Source: Octopus sinensis (lineage: Eukaryota). Taken from it: a DNA stretch of 64,000 nt. A model generated the notes under the pieces. That model was given only the letters and a program-made list of their open reading frames with translations, had not been told where the DNA came from and made no database searches. This document shows, piece after piece, positions 26,590 through 40,049 of the stretch (position 1 is its first letter; the number at the start of each line of letters is the position of its first letter). A program made the position numbers and the translations under genes. Location of the stretch: positions 65,782,001 to 65,846,000 of the forward strand of contig NC_042997.1 of assembly GCF_006345805.1 (NCBI RefSeq). Direction: 5' to 3'.

Positions 26590-28070
26590 AACACAACGCC
26601 ACCCTTTGAGAACTCACTCGGATAAAGAATACAGGCCAGAAAGAATTGGTCATATCAATGAACTACCAGCGAAAATTCATAGACACACGCGACATAATAA
26701 TTCAACTGCTTGTTCCAATCCTGTACAACTCACTCGATGAAATAAGCCTAACGACAGATATAGTAATCAGGAGGTTCTCTGGTTCAACCCGATTTTTGGT
26801 TTGCATGTTTCAACCAAGATTGATTGAAATGTTTTTGCTGCTTTGGACAAGTGTTTTCCTAAATTTAATCGGCATCATGATATTTTAATCGACACAGCTT
26901 GAAGGTATCCTACGCCAACTCTGCTAATTTACTGCAGCTTATGCATCGCATAAACAGTAGCAAAATGTGGCAAAGTTCGATAACCCACCTACTGGATCAA
27001 GCGAACATTTGCATCTAAATGTAAACTGCATTGATAAACACCAACTACGACCAATTTATAGGAGTAGAAATAATTACGATACAGATACCACGGTAACAAC
27101 GCCGGTAAATAGAGTCGGGACTGCCTTATATACAAATAAATACGATAAATGCTCATGCTGAGAAAAATCAAAACGTCCTTTGATGAATCTGAGTATGAGT
27201 ACAAATCGGGTAATTAAATGTACCGTGCATACAAAGGGAGGGCTCTATGTTTACATTGGGGAGACGGCTAATTCATTTAAGAATCGTTATCGTAACCATG
27301 TTGCCAGCTTTAAGACAATCAATAAGAGACATTCAACATCTTCGGCAGATTTTGTATGGCGACTTAAAGAGGATAAAACAAAGTACAGCATTAATTTGGT
27401 CCATACTAAGGTATGCGAAACCATACAATATAATTTCCAGGAGATGCTGTCTCTGCTCCGAGGAACCCCTGTCTATTCTGTGAACTAATGAGAAGATAAT
27501 TAATAGAATTTCTGAACTTCTCTCGAGATGCCTACATGCATATAAACGTATTTTCGCACAATGCAGTGAGAATTAATTTTGAGTAACCGTTAACTTAATT
27601 TACTTTAAGCTATGGATGACTTAAGTTTACTTTTAACTTCCACATTCTTATAACTAACTCACTTTGTGATTATGAGTGCACCAAATCTCACGTGTGCGTA
27701 TGTTCACATTCTTGCGGATGCTTGTATGAGCGAGTTTACTCGCGATATGCAGCTTCCCTGAGGGCGTTTATACATCCATATCTGTTAACGGTTATTTTTA
27801 ATACTTTTCTCGCTGGATTACGTGTTCGTTTCTCTTTTTGCTATCTGTAATTTTATTTTCGATCTTCTGTATAAATGAAGATATTTCCTCCGTCTGGCTG
27901 CTTTTCTCTTTACGAAACGGAAAGTTACATTTTAACGAGTTGTGTTTATTTATCACCCGATGCGATACATCTGCATCACCGGATGCTCCTGAATCAGTTG
28001 TTGAGTGTCCCACCTAATAGGAATCGATGCTAGATGTGTCGAAACAATTGTTTTGACTAATATAAATTCT
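26590..28070 (+). mobile_element. Degenerate Penelope-like element (thumb/linker, GIY-YIG, 3' pLTR)
   Basis: VLWFNP; NRHSLKVSY; LYVYIGETANSFKNRYRNHVASF; WSILRYAKPY...RRCCLCSEE. Degenerate HHR at 27951-28057. Confidence 0.85.
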
Positions 28071-28099
28071 CGTATATTCCATCTTCTGTCTCTCATTTG

Positions 28100-28133
<34 letters not shown>

Positions 28134-28265
28134 GTGTGTATATGCGTGTATGTGTGTGTATACGCATGCCTTTTAATTGATCATTATAGCAAGATGCACT
28201 GTATGTAAGCTCTACAATCATGCCCATTATCTCAGTACGTAACTTTACAGTTATAACAATCCAGA

Positions 28266-28323
<58 letters not shown>

Positions 28324-29381
28324 AATATATATAAATATATACATATGTTCATGTATATATGTGCATGTATGTATATATACATATATGTGTGTGTATATAT
28401 ATATGTGTATATAGATATGTATATCTGCATAAGTGTATGCATTTTTACATATACACATGTGTATTTGTATACGTATATGCAGATGTTTGATTATATACCT
28501 GCATGTGTTTGTTTATGTACGTGCATGTAAGGTTTTGTGTGTATACGTATATTTATCTTTGTGTATATGTATGTATATGTATATCCATATGTGTATGTAT
28601 GCATATATATGTATATATATATATGTGTGTGTGTGGATATATATATATATGTATGTATTTGTGTATGTATGTATATGTGTATGTATATATGTATGTGCGT
28701 ATGTATGTATGTGTGCACATATGTGTGTATATATGCGTATATGTATGTATGTGTGTTTTTAGATATATTTTTTATACGAATACCTAGGTTTATATTTTTT
28801 AGTTTATTATTATTTTTAGATATTTATTTTTTCTCTATCAAAATTTTAAACGTTTTTCATTGCACGCTACCCATAACTGTTAATACGCTAAAATGAGTTT
28901 TAAATATAGCTATCATATCCCGCTAGACACTTACTATTATTATTTTATTCTCTTTGTATTCAAATGTATATGCGTGTAGGTGTACATAGTTTTTATGTAA
29001 GAGAACGTACATTTATGTATGTTAGATACGTGTGTGGATCTTTTGTTTATACTTTTTTATGCATACACATATCTATACATATACTATATATATATATATA
29101 TATTGCATGATGGAGAGAGGAAGCGTACTACCGCAAGGGGCACAAAAACCTAGTCGAAATTCTCTGGCGGCATCAATTCTACTCGACATCAATTGAAGGA
29201 GAAGTACTCTCGGAAGCTGTCGAAATCATTATCCCATTCATCAAGCAAATGATGAATGGGGTATTCAGTTGTGCAAACTGTATATGAAATATATGGATAC
29301 TTTGGCTTGTCCTTCAAACGGTTTGCAACCGTCCATATTTTTTGTCATATTTTTGTATTTATGTGGCCTTGAAATGAATAA

Positions 29382-29409
<28 letters not shown>

Positions 29410-29433
<24 letters not shown>

Positions 29434-29779
29434 GTTTGACTTGCTTTATATTTGTACAAGTTGGCTCCAAGTCTGACGCAGAGACCTCAAGAGACAACAG
29501 GTTGGAAGTTCGTGTTGTTGTTATGCCTAGTGTAACATATATTTGGTTTTGTATTTAGTGTTGTACTAGTGAATGTCTAAAAAAAAACGAAAATTGTTTG
29601 TTTTAAAACTTTAGATTACATAGAAAGTATTTTGCGTAGGATATGAGCAGTTCCCATAAGCACTATCTTTTGAATTTCTGCCATTTTGGGGTTTCCTGGT
29701 ATCTGAGTTAGGTAGCGATCAGCCCCTTTTGCTATGATTCCCAGGGCACCTATGACAACAGGTATTGTTTTAGTCAACT
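29410..29779 (-). mobile_element. 3' end of an R4/Dong-clade element
   Basis: TIPVVIGALGIIAKGADRYLTQIPGNPKMAEIQKIVLMGTAHILRKILSM* (29616-29779), then a 3'UTR and (TAA)n. The 5' junction also lies in (TAA)n. Confidence 0.9.
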
Positions 29780-29809
29780 ATTATTATTATTATTATTATT
29801 ATTATTGAG

Positions 29810-30374
29810 TGAGTGAGCAGTGCATGCCATCAAAGGGACACTGGGGTAAAATACACGAATCCCAGTATACCCATCATGACTAGCCGTCTGATAAGGGTAC
29901 ACCAGGCACATGCATCACAACCATATGTGCGCGACATGGTGATCTCATATCAAGATAAACAGCACATGACCATGTAGGTGCGGCTTAATTAGAATTTTCT
30001 TCAGGTTGAGTAGCCCATACCGCTCAAAAGGTCTCTGAAAAAGGATTGTTTAAAGATGTTGAATGAACCACCTATGTTTCCAAAGGTGAATTATCTAAAC
30101 CTCCAAGAATTCCGTTAAACACACGGCTATGATGCTCCCTCACTACTTCTGCTCGTAGTCAGAGATGCATATATCGTCAGCCACTAAGGGACATGGTCAA
30201 CTGGTTAAGGTCAAACAACTGACAAGCAAATCTGTAGTATTGAGCAGAATATTTGCTGTAGCCCATCTTTTATGCCAAGACAAAACAATGTACTTGATAA
30301 CACTTCCAATCAATTGAGATCAGAAGCCATGAAAGCCACTGTCTGGTACTGCATCAGGGTATTAATTATTATTA

Positions 30375-30440
<66 letters not shown>

Positions 30441-31025
30441 TATAGCAATGCATACCATCAAAGTGACACTGGGATACAAATAAACGAAGCTCAATATACC
30501 CATCATGACTACCCCGTCTGATAAGGGTACACCAGGTATGTGCATCACAACCATATGTGCGCGACATAGTAATCTAATATCAAGATAAACAGCGCAAGAC
30601 CTTGCTGGTGGAACCCAGTTATGATTTTTTCGGGTTAAGTAGCCCAACCCGCCTAAAAGGTCCTTGAATGAGAGTTGTTTAAGGATGATGAATGAAACAC
30701 CCATGTTTCCAGAGGTGAATTATTCAAACCCTAAAGAATTCCTCTCAACACACGGCTATAATGCTCCTCCACTACTTCTGCTCGTAATCAGAGATGCACA
30801 TATTGTCAACCACTAAGTGACATACTCAACTATTAAGGTCAATCAACTGACAAGCAAAACTGTGATATTGAGCAGAATATTTACTGTAGCCCATCTTTTA
30901 TACAAAGATAAAAAAAATATACATGATAGTACTTCTAATCAGTTAAGATCAGAAGCCATGAGAGCCAGTGCCTGGTATTGCATCATGGCATCATTATTAT
31001 ATTATTTATTATTATATTATTATTA

Positions 31026-31079
<54 letters not shown>

Positions 31080-31627
31080 GCAATGCATACCATCAAAGTG
31101 ACACTGGGATACAAATAAACGAAGCTCAATATACCCATCATGACTACCCCGTCTGATAAGGGTACACCAGGTATGTGCATCACAACCATATGTGCGCGAC
31201 ATAGTAATCTAATATCAAGATAAACAGCGCAAGACCTTGCTGGTGGAACCCAGTTATGATTTTTTCGGGTTAAGTAGCCCAACCCGCCTAAAAGGTCCTT
31301 GAATGAGAGTTGTTTAAGGATGATGAATGAAACACCCATGTTTCCAGAGGTGAATTATTCAAACCCTAAAGAATTCCTCTCAACACACGGCTATAATGCT
31401 CCTCCACTACTTCTGCTCGTAATCAGAGATGCACATATTGTCAACCACTAAGTGACATACTCAACTATTAAGGTCAATCAACTGACAAGCAAAACTGTGA
31501 TATTGAGCAGAATATTTACTGTAGCCCATCTTTTATACAAAGATAAAAAAAATATACATGATAGTACTTCTAATCAGTTAAGATCAGAAGCCATGAGAGC
31601 CAGTGCCTGGTATTGCATCATGGCATC
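29810..31627. repeat. Three tandem copies of a ~550-bp unclassified repeat separated by (ATT)n
   Basis: Copies at ~29810-30360 (diverged), 30444-30990 and 31079-31627. The last two look identical, with a 635-bp period. Confidence 0.95.
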
Positions 31628-31634
31628 ATTATTA

Positions 31635-31688
<54 letters not shown>

Positions 31689-32866
31689 CAGCAGCATCGT
31701 CGTCGTCGTCGTCATCATTATCATCATCTTTTCGCTGGAATTTTAACATGCATCACATGAAGAAGTGCAAATTCGAAAGCTATTCTTATCTAGCAAGAAC
31801 AACTACATATTATCTCTCCTCTACATAACAATTATGTACATGCATATATGTATAAATATATGTGTGTGTTTTTGTATGTTTGTGTGAGTGTGTGTGTGTA
31901 AATGTATGTATACACACACACACACACACACACAAATATATATATACCTGCATCAAAGTAAAAGCAACTCCAAACGTTACTACGTACCTCATTTGAATGC
32001 AGTATATGTAAAGACCTGTGATTACAGGCTGTTAAATCACTTTGTCAACGAGACAAGTTTGCTTCGTTTACTTTTCCTTTACCATTGTTTATATTATTCT
32101 CCCAATGGCGCCGTTAGCTGTGTGTTCCTCAACAGCAATAATCTGGTAACATGAGGTAAAACCAACTAAATAACAACTCCAAGACATTCTAATTCGAAAC
32201 TAACTTAATGACGAAGCCAAAAGGCTGTCTCCATCTTATAATTTGCAAACAGTCTACTATTATACTTGAAATTCGTAATTTGTTAAATTTTTGTTGGTAT
32301 TATTTTGTTTAGTTTTCGTTTGTTTTTTATTCCGTTTTTGTTACTTTTTTCAGCTTAGTCCTTAGTCTAATGACAAAGAAGAAGCAATAAGAAATTTTAA
32401 AAACTGCTTCGCTGCCGCTTTTTCACTTTCCCCTTCTTTTTATAAACAACTACAAAACTAATTTTTTATCTGCTATAACCAAGTTGTACATACATGAATA
32501 TATACATACATAAATATAACTTACATATGCATTAGATGCATAGATCGGTTAGACTGATAGACAGATACATACATGCCTACATATACATACCTACATACAG
32601 AAAAAGATATACGTCTACATATTTACGTTTAACACAATCACGCTCACATACACAAAAATATACTGGTTCTACGTGTGTGTGTGTTTATGTGTTTGTGTGT
32701 GTGTGTGCGTGCGCGCCTATGTGTGTGTGTGTGTGTGTGTAAACCCAGAATGAAGATAGAAAACGTGTGTTATATATGGACCGTCACAGCCTATTTTTTA
32801 AATTCGTTTAAATTGTTACAAGGATCTTGGTTTTTTTTTTCAAATAAACAAACCTGTCATTAGAGT

Positions 32867-32899
<33 letters not shown>

Positions 32900-33659
32900 A
32901 CAACAACAACAACAACAAGAACAACAATAATATCAAAAGCAACGATGACAAAGTCGACGAGAGCAACAATAGAAAAAGTTGAATAATGCAGTGTATAAAA
33001 AGTGTTTAGAAATGTATACTAAATGAATTTGAAGAATAGAAACGAAATGAAATAATTTGTATCTTCATGCCATCTTTGATAACTCCGAGAAAGCTTTTGG
33101 TATAGCAATTAAGGTCGTAGTTGTCAGCAACTTCCAACAAACTGAACAGCAATATACTATATATATTTGAGTATTACTTCCCAGCTAAGGAAATGAACAC
33201 AAGACAAAATACCGGCTTTCTGACACTTGCCTTTAAATAATTAATTCTTGCTTGACAAAGATTAGCACACGCCAGCAAATGTACTTTTCGCTGTTAGCAT
33301 ATAAGGACGGCAGTTCTTAATAGGCTATGAAAGATTGATTCCGTGTCAGTTACTGATGAAATATAACCACGCAGAAGCTCGTTTTTATAAGCCCAATCAC
33401 GTCATGCATAATCCATCAGGGTGATTTTTCACATCTATAATCTAAGGACTGAATTTCTTCGCCGAGACAGTTACGACAGTGAGGGTTTTTTTCTAGAATG
33501 TGTTAAATATATACCTGCAGAGCATTATTTTAATCATTATACTGCTTAGAGTACCTTTCATATGCGTGAAAGTATCAATGTGGTATGTATAAATAAATAT
33601 ATATATATATATATACATACACAACACACACACATACACGCACACACACACACACATAC

Positions 33660-33720
<61 letters not shown>

Positions 33721-34499
33721 CATGGGGAGAGGTCTGTGTGTGTGTGTGTCTGTGTGTCACGCGCAAAGGATGAATAGTTGATTCAGGCCCTCTTCACGCT
33801 CTCACCAGGCTCTTCTCGACTGCTATCGGCCAAAATCACCCTCTACGTGCAATCATGACTGTTTATCTAACAGTAATGGAAAGGAAAATTCCTTCAATAC
33901 TTTATGATCCTTTTTCCTGGGGGTTTATGTGTCAAACTGCTTAATAGGCAAGTTATTATCCTCCACAATGATACTAAGTACTTTTCTCCCGTTATCTGTA
34001 TAATAGTCCTGATATAGTGGGTCCAAAATAAAGAGCGTTCTTATATACTCAAGCAAAGATCTCACAACCACATGGTCTCCGTCAAAAACATCAGAAAATA
34101 AAATACTACAAAGCACGTATGCAGTTTTTAAAAAATCGTTTTGCGTTTGGTGTTAGCTGGAAGATCGCTCACAAATCCAGACCATACATGAGGCTACTGT
34201 GATATGCAAACCATGCATACCGAATAAGATCCTTATTCCATAGAATTTGAAGTGAGAGTCATATATCTTAATACCAAAGCAGATATTACCTTTCCTTAGT
34301 AAACTTTTACTCGACAAACATATTTTTCCAGCATAAATTTTATAGATAAGTTTATATACACATACATATGTACAAATATATATACATGTGTGCGTGCGTA
34401 CGTACGTATGTGTGCGTACGTACGTATGTGTGCGTGTGTCTGTGTGTGTGTGTGTGTGTGTGAGCGTGTGCGCGCACGTATATTTGTGTGTGTGCGTTG

Positions 34500-34785
34500 T
34501 GAAGGTGCGTGCCTTACTGGTTAGAGAATTTGGCTCATGGTTCGATTCTCAGCGGCGCGTTGTGTCCTTGAGCAAGACACATTATTTCATGCTACTCCAG
34601 TCCACTCAGCCGACAAAAATGGGCTGTACCTGTATTTCAAAGGGCCAGCCTTATGACATTCCGTGTTACACTGAATATTTTGAGAACTACACACACACAC
34701 TCTTGTGTGCTCAGTCATTTGCATGTTAATTTCACGAGCAGGCTGTTCCGTTGATCAGATCAACTGGAACACTCGTCGTCGTGAC
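34500..34785 (+). mobile_element. tRNA-derived SINE
   Basis: ggttcgattc B-box; ttgtgtccttgagcaagacac...ctccagtccactcagc body. Confidence 0.8.
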
Positions 34786-34815
34786 AGTAGTTAGGGTGTG
34801 TATATGTGTGTGTGA

Positions 34816-34848
<33 letters not shown>

Positions 34849-34961
34849 CTACTAATATAGAATGAAGTTTGTTTTTGTTTTTGCTTTTTTTTACAGAAAA
34901 AAAGATTCCATCAAAAAATGTAGCAGCATATTAAAATACCTTTAAGGTTAAAATTATAAAC

Positions 34962-35348
34962 AACTTATAAATAAGGGCTAAAGAAAATTATTTCTATGCC
35001 AATATACTGATAACGGACTTTTAAATCGTCAATTTCCACATATTATTTACTCGCTACAGGAAAAACACGAAGAGCTGAAAACGAGGAAAGCCGGCCGATA
35101 GAATTTTTAAATAGATTTTTTCCTCTTCTACTGAAGAGGAAAAAATCTATTATGAGATTAATTCCGAAATTGATTCAATATATAAATAACGAACTATTTT
35201 TAAAGATTCTATCGGCCGGCTTTCCTCGTTTTCAACTCTTCGTGTTTTTCCTGTAGCGAGTAAATAATATGTGGAAATTGACGATTTAAAAGTCTGTTAT
35301 CAGCATATTGGCATAGAAATAATTTTCTTTAGCCCTTATTTATAAGTT
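34962..35348. repeat. Fold-back element, ~153-bp arms, with an inner 18-bp hairpin and an HHR motif in the spacer
   Basis: Arms 34962-35114 and 35194-35348. Inner inverted repeat 35111-35128 / 35133-35150. Confidence 0.95.
35129..35182 (+). ncRNA. Type I hammerhead motif with truncated stem I
   Basis: UA, CUGAAGA, stem II GGAA/UUCC, GAAA, stem III AUUGA-U-UCAAU, site AUA. Only 2 bp of stem I remain. Confidence 0.65.
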
Positions 35349-35364
35349 ACATATATATATAATA

Positions 35365-35415
<51 letters not shown>

Positions 35416-35516
35416 TAAATTTCAGGGTAGTAAAATATTTTTTAGAATTCTTTTTTACTAAAGTGGCCTAGCCTGTAGAAAAACTGGTCAATAGACTAAA
35501 TATTATTCATTATATA

Positions 35517-35827
35517 CAGAGTACATTTAAACACATAAGAGATGGCCATAATCGGACATCTAAACCGGTAGAAGGAGTAGGGATGTTCTGTAGTACCTCG
35601 GGCTTATATTTTAATCTTTGGCTTTCCTGCTGATGAGAGCTTCGCCAAGCAAAATATTTTATTTGCTGGGGATAGCTTGAAACTATGGTCCAGGAAATAG
35701 ATGGTAAATGTTTTTATTTTTATTCCCTTTCGAAATTATCCCTAATTGTGGTTTGGATTTTAACTACTCCTTCTAGCAGTTTAGATGTCCGATTATGGCC
35801 ATCTCTTATATGTTTAAATGTACACTG
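35517..35827 (+). mobile_element. 311-bp MITE-like element with 64-bp inverted ends, flanked by TA, carrying an HHR
   Basis: 35517-35580 versus 35764-35827 are inverted, with four mismatches seen. Confidence 0.9.
35623..35698 (+). ncRNA. Canonical type I hammerhead ribozyme
   Basis: Stem I UUUCCUG/CAGGAAA (7 bp), CUGAUGA, stem II GAGCU/AGCUU, GAAA, near-palindromic stem III ACUAUGGU, GUC site after 35691. Confidence 0.88.
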
Positions 35828-35836
35828 TATATATAT

Positions 35837-35870
<34 letters not shown>

Positions 35871-35935
35871 TGTATGTATGTGTATATGATGTATGTATAC
35901 TCACTTATATATATATATATATGTATGTATACTCA

Positions 35936-36015
<80 letters not shown>

Positions 36016-36279
36016 CAGAATTAGAAATAGAAAATCCTTGCTGCAATATTATATATTTGAAAAATGAAAAGATAAATTCAGATAAATTTTCCACTCTGAA
36101 AACTAGATGTTTATGAATTATTAAATGTTTAAACACCTTATGATTTTTAAGCATATTATTATCAAGGTAGAAAAAATTTCTCTAATATTTACCCTTCTTT
36201 TCTTTTTATTCCTGGCCTTTTCGTCCATTAAAACTTACCCTAACCATATATTTTTATCGATATCGATATTTATATATAC

Positions 36280-37330
36280 ACAAGAATGAAAATAATGCTG
36301 ACATCTCATTTTAACACATATATCTACCAACATTACATAAAATATCTTGAAATACTAAAGAGTAAATTGGTTCAATAAAATCGCCATATGCTTCAACCAC
36401 GGCCTCCAGACGACTTCGGAATCTTCTGCAAATTTTCTGGACGGTCACCTTGTTTAAGTTGGTGAATGCTGCCATAATCCTCGCTTTCAGTTCATCTTTG
36501 GTGTAACAAGGAGTTTTGTAGGTTTCTCGCGCAACTGTACCCCACACATTATAATCGAGGCAGTTGCAGTCTGGTGACCAGATGTTAGAGGTGATGTGGT
36601 CGCAGAAATTGTTTGACAGGCATGACAGGGTTCTCCTGCATGTGTCTTATGGTACAGAGTCCTGTTGCCAGACATAGGGTCTTCCAGCAGCCACGCTCTT
36701 GACCCAAGGCAGCGCTACCTCCTCCAGGCACTTGATGTAGGCCTCCATATTGAGTCTGAGGCCGTGTGGGAAGATGAATGAAGGCATAACGTCGCCATCG
36801 TTAGTAATCACTCGAACACCATGATGTTGACTGGATGTTTGATTTTTATCACTCACGGTACATGTTTTAGTGACACGGCAAGCCAACGGTTGTTCTGTGC
36901 GTTCACCATCTGATTCTGGCATGTTCGGTCGGAGGAGATACTTGAGCTTGTTCAAAAGCTTTGTAATGCAGTCTTTTCTCATCCTTGATGGCTTGGGATA
37001 AAAAATTAACCCTTTCTTATCTTGTATGAGGAATACCGAGTGTCTTCATGCACTGCCAGTCTAATTTTAAAAAACTCCCATGTCCTTGGCAATGGACGTG
37101 ATTGACTTGGAGGAAACGTTATCAATCATGAACTGGAGCTCACCAACAAATTCAGGAGTTCTTTTCTTATCAGAACGATCAGAGTCAGTTTTTTCCGAGC
37201 TGCCGTATGTTCGTAATCACCATTAGACTCATCCAACTCTTTCTGAATCATCTGCACTGTCCGAAGATTGAAATGTCCTGCGCTCTGAAATGTCCTGCGC
37301 GAATGCCAAGCAGTACAGCATATTTATGGG
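36280..37330 (-). mobile_element. DD37D (maT-type) transposon remnant, second copy
   Basis: GRPYVWQQDS; WGTVARETYKTPCYTKDELKARIMAAFTNLNK...RFRSRLEAVVEA.GDFIE. Collinear with 19066-19945. Confidence 0.88.
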
Positions 37331-37530
37331 AGCAACTGTCTTCGAAGATTCATATTGTCGTTGAATGCTCGAAATGAGGAGTAGATAAACAGCCAACAAC
37401 TGATGAAAGGTCGTTCTTTATGTTACTTGTCCTGTTTTCCATTTGTTTCTCTCGTTGTTTGGGTATTGAACTCATTTGTTTTCGTATTTCATGTTGTTTA
37501 CTGTTGGTGACATCCTATACCCATATATGC

Positions 37531-37594
<64 letters not shown>

Positions 37595-37837
37595 ATAAGC
37601 ATATATATTATTTATATTATTTATTGAACGTCACGCTTCCATTTCCAAGTTTATCTATATGTGTGTGTATTTGCGTGTGTGTGTGTGTATATATGTATGT
37701 ATGTATGCATGTACGCAAGTATGTATGTATCTATGTATGTGTGTGTATATTTATCATTTTAATATTCTTTTCTTTTTTCCCGGCCTTTCCGTCTATAAAA
37801 TGTTTCTCTAAACGCGTATATAAGTGTGTGTGTACAC

Positions 37838-37875
<38 letters not shown>

Positions 37876-38327
37876 CACACATACATACATACATACATAC
37901 ATACATACATACATACATACATACATACAATACGTGTGTACACATGCACACACATAATCTACACACATTCGCACACACTCTACTTTGAGTTGTACGATTC
38001 CACTAAATTTTTCACATTCAGGTGTAATCACATATGTGTATACATACATGTGTGCGTATGCATGTGTGTGCAAGTGTGTACACAATTTGTAAATATAGCA
38101 CGCACATATGCATATATTCATACGTGCATGACTAAATGTTGACCTCATCGCAAAATATCACCTGTTTCTTGTATTTCCATTTTGCCAACATTATCATAAA
38201 ATAAACCATTATTATCTGTGTTGAAAGAAACCATTAATGTTTACCGAATTGTTTGTCTTCGATGCCTGCAAAGAAATTTATTTTCCAAGACATTTTTATA
38301 CTCAAGCATATGCTACCATTCTTACTA

Positions 38328-38365
<38 letters not shown>

Positions 38366-38653
38366 CGCACTTGTTCTTGTTTTTCTAGTCTACATTTATT
38401 CTATAGCTTACCGTCTCTGCACTTTCTCTTTGGGAAGTGAAAGGTTTTTTTACTTTGGGGAGGGGGCGGTTTATTTCTTTTACTCTCGTTTTCTATTTTT
38501 TTCCTTTAGTTGTGAATTCTGTCTTTTAATCGTAATAGCTATCTGCCCATTTCATCTACTGTATCTTTCTATCTATATTTTATATACGTTTATATGTGTG
38601 CGTATCTTATCTTTCTGTCTATCCCTACATCTATCTATCTATCTATCTATTTG

Positions 38654-38726
<73 letters not shown>

Positions 38727-38836
38727 ATATGTGTGTATGTTAATATATATATATGTGTGTGTGCCAATGTATACATATATATATATTGATAAATACATGC
38801 ACATATATATATATATATATACACACACACATTCAC

Positions 38837-38995
38837 GCGCAAGAGTGGTTGTGTAGTAAGAAGATTGCTTCCCAATCACATGGCTCTGGGTTCAGTCCCA
38901 CTGCGTGTCACCTTGGCCAAGTGTCTTTTACTATAACCTCGGGCCGACCAAGACCATGTGAGTGGATTTGATGAACGGAAACTGAAAGAAGCCCG
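38837..38995 (+). mobile_element. tRNA-derived SINE, family B
   Basis: gagtggttgtgtagtaag A-box and gggttcagtccc B-box. Confidence 0.88.
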
Positions 38996-39507
38996 GGGAG
39001 GCGCGTGTCGCTCTATCTGTGTTTGCCCTCCACCACCACTTGACGACCGGTGTTGGTTTGCTTACCTCCCCGTCATATATATATAGAGAGAGAGATACTA
39101 ATTCTCTGTTTAACTATTTATCTATCTGTTTATCAATATGTTACCAATTCTTTTTTCCCATGTCCATCAGCCTCATCATGATCCTATGCTTATCATACCT
39201 CTTCTCCCTTGAATCGTTTTTTGTCTTTCTTCTTGTCCCTCTATTATCCCGTTACATCCATTTTTTTCCAAATTTTCCTATCGTTAATGTATTTCTCTCG
39301 TTTTTATTCTATCCATACATGCTTTTCAAACCCTCTTCTACAACCCTCTACCCATTTTTTCTTTATCTCCTGTTATATTCCTCCTTGTTTGTCTGTCTTG
39401 TCCATGTATCTCACCCTTTCTTTCGCCCTATTCCTTCTTGTTTGTTTGTCTCTCCGTTCGTTTCTCTCTTTCATCCTAGATTTTCTTTCCTCCTTTCCTC
39501 TTTCCCA

Positions 39508-39563
<56 letters not shown>

Positions 39564-39827
39564 ACTCTCACTCTCTCTTTCTCTTTCTCTTTTCCAATGT
39601 GTAAAATCTTCTATTTAAATGACGCCAGAAGCAATGAAATAAATTACATTTTCTCGGTGTTGTTTGCGTGAAAAGACACACATTTAATTTCGTTTGAGTA
39701 AAAAGAAAAGAAAAATGTTAAAAGAAATCGAAAATAAAAATGAGAATTGTTATCAGACTATAAACTTTAGTGGATTTTATCTGGTATGCACTCATACACA
39801 TTTTCAATAGCAGTACACTTGCCGATG

Positions 39828-39937
<110 letters not shown>

Positions 39938-40049
39938 GTCGTCTCACTCTTTCATTCTCTCTATTTTCTCTCTTGTACAGCCTAGATGAGTTCTCGCCTC
40001 TTCTCTTCTACAGCCACGACAGTCTCTATTCTTCTCAACTTGAAGTTTT

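Noticed and set aside
27716-27760. ttgtatga gcgagt-tt-actcgc gata, HHR-like
   Set aside because: The 6-bp hairpin is real, but both core segments and the cleavage triplet deviate; too decayed to call.
27798-28013. Protein-like minus-strand ORF with a possible acceptor AG (GHSTTDSGASGD...)
   Set aside because: It lies antisense within the 3' terminus of the PLE and overlaps its degenerate HHR. No donor or recognisable domain was found.
29810-31627. Repeated units as a CRISPR array or satellite
   Set aside because: Units are ~550 bp, spacers are ATT microsatellite, there are no cas genes and the context is eukaryotic.
33925-34116. Non-repetitive 63-aa ORF
   Set aside because: No recognisable motif, no convincing splice pair and no second copy; cannot be supported without a search.
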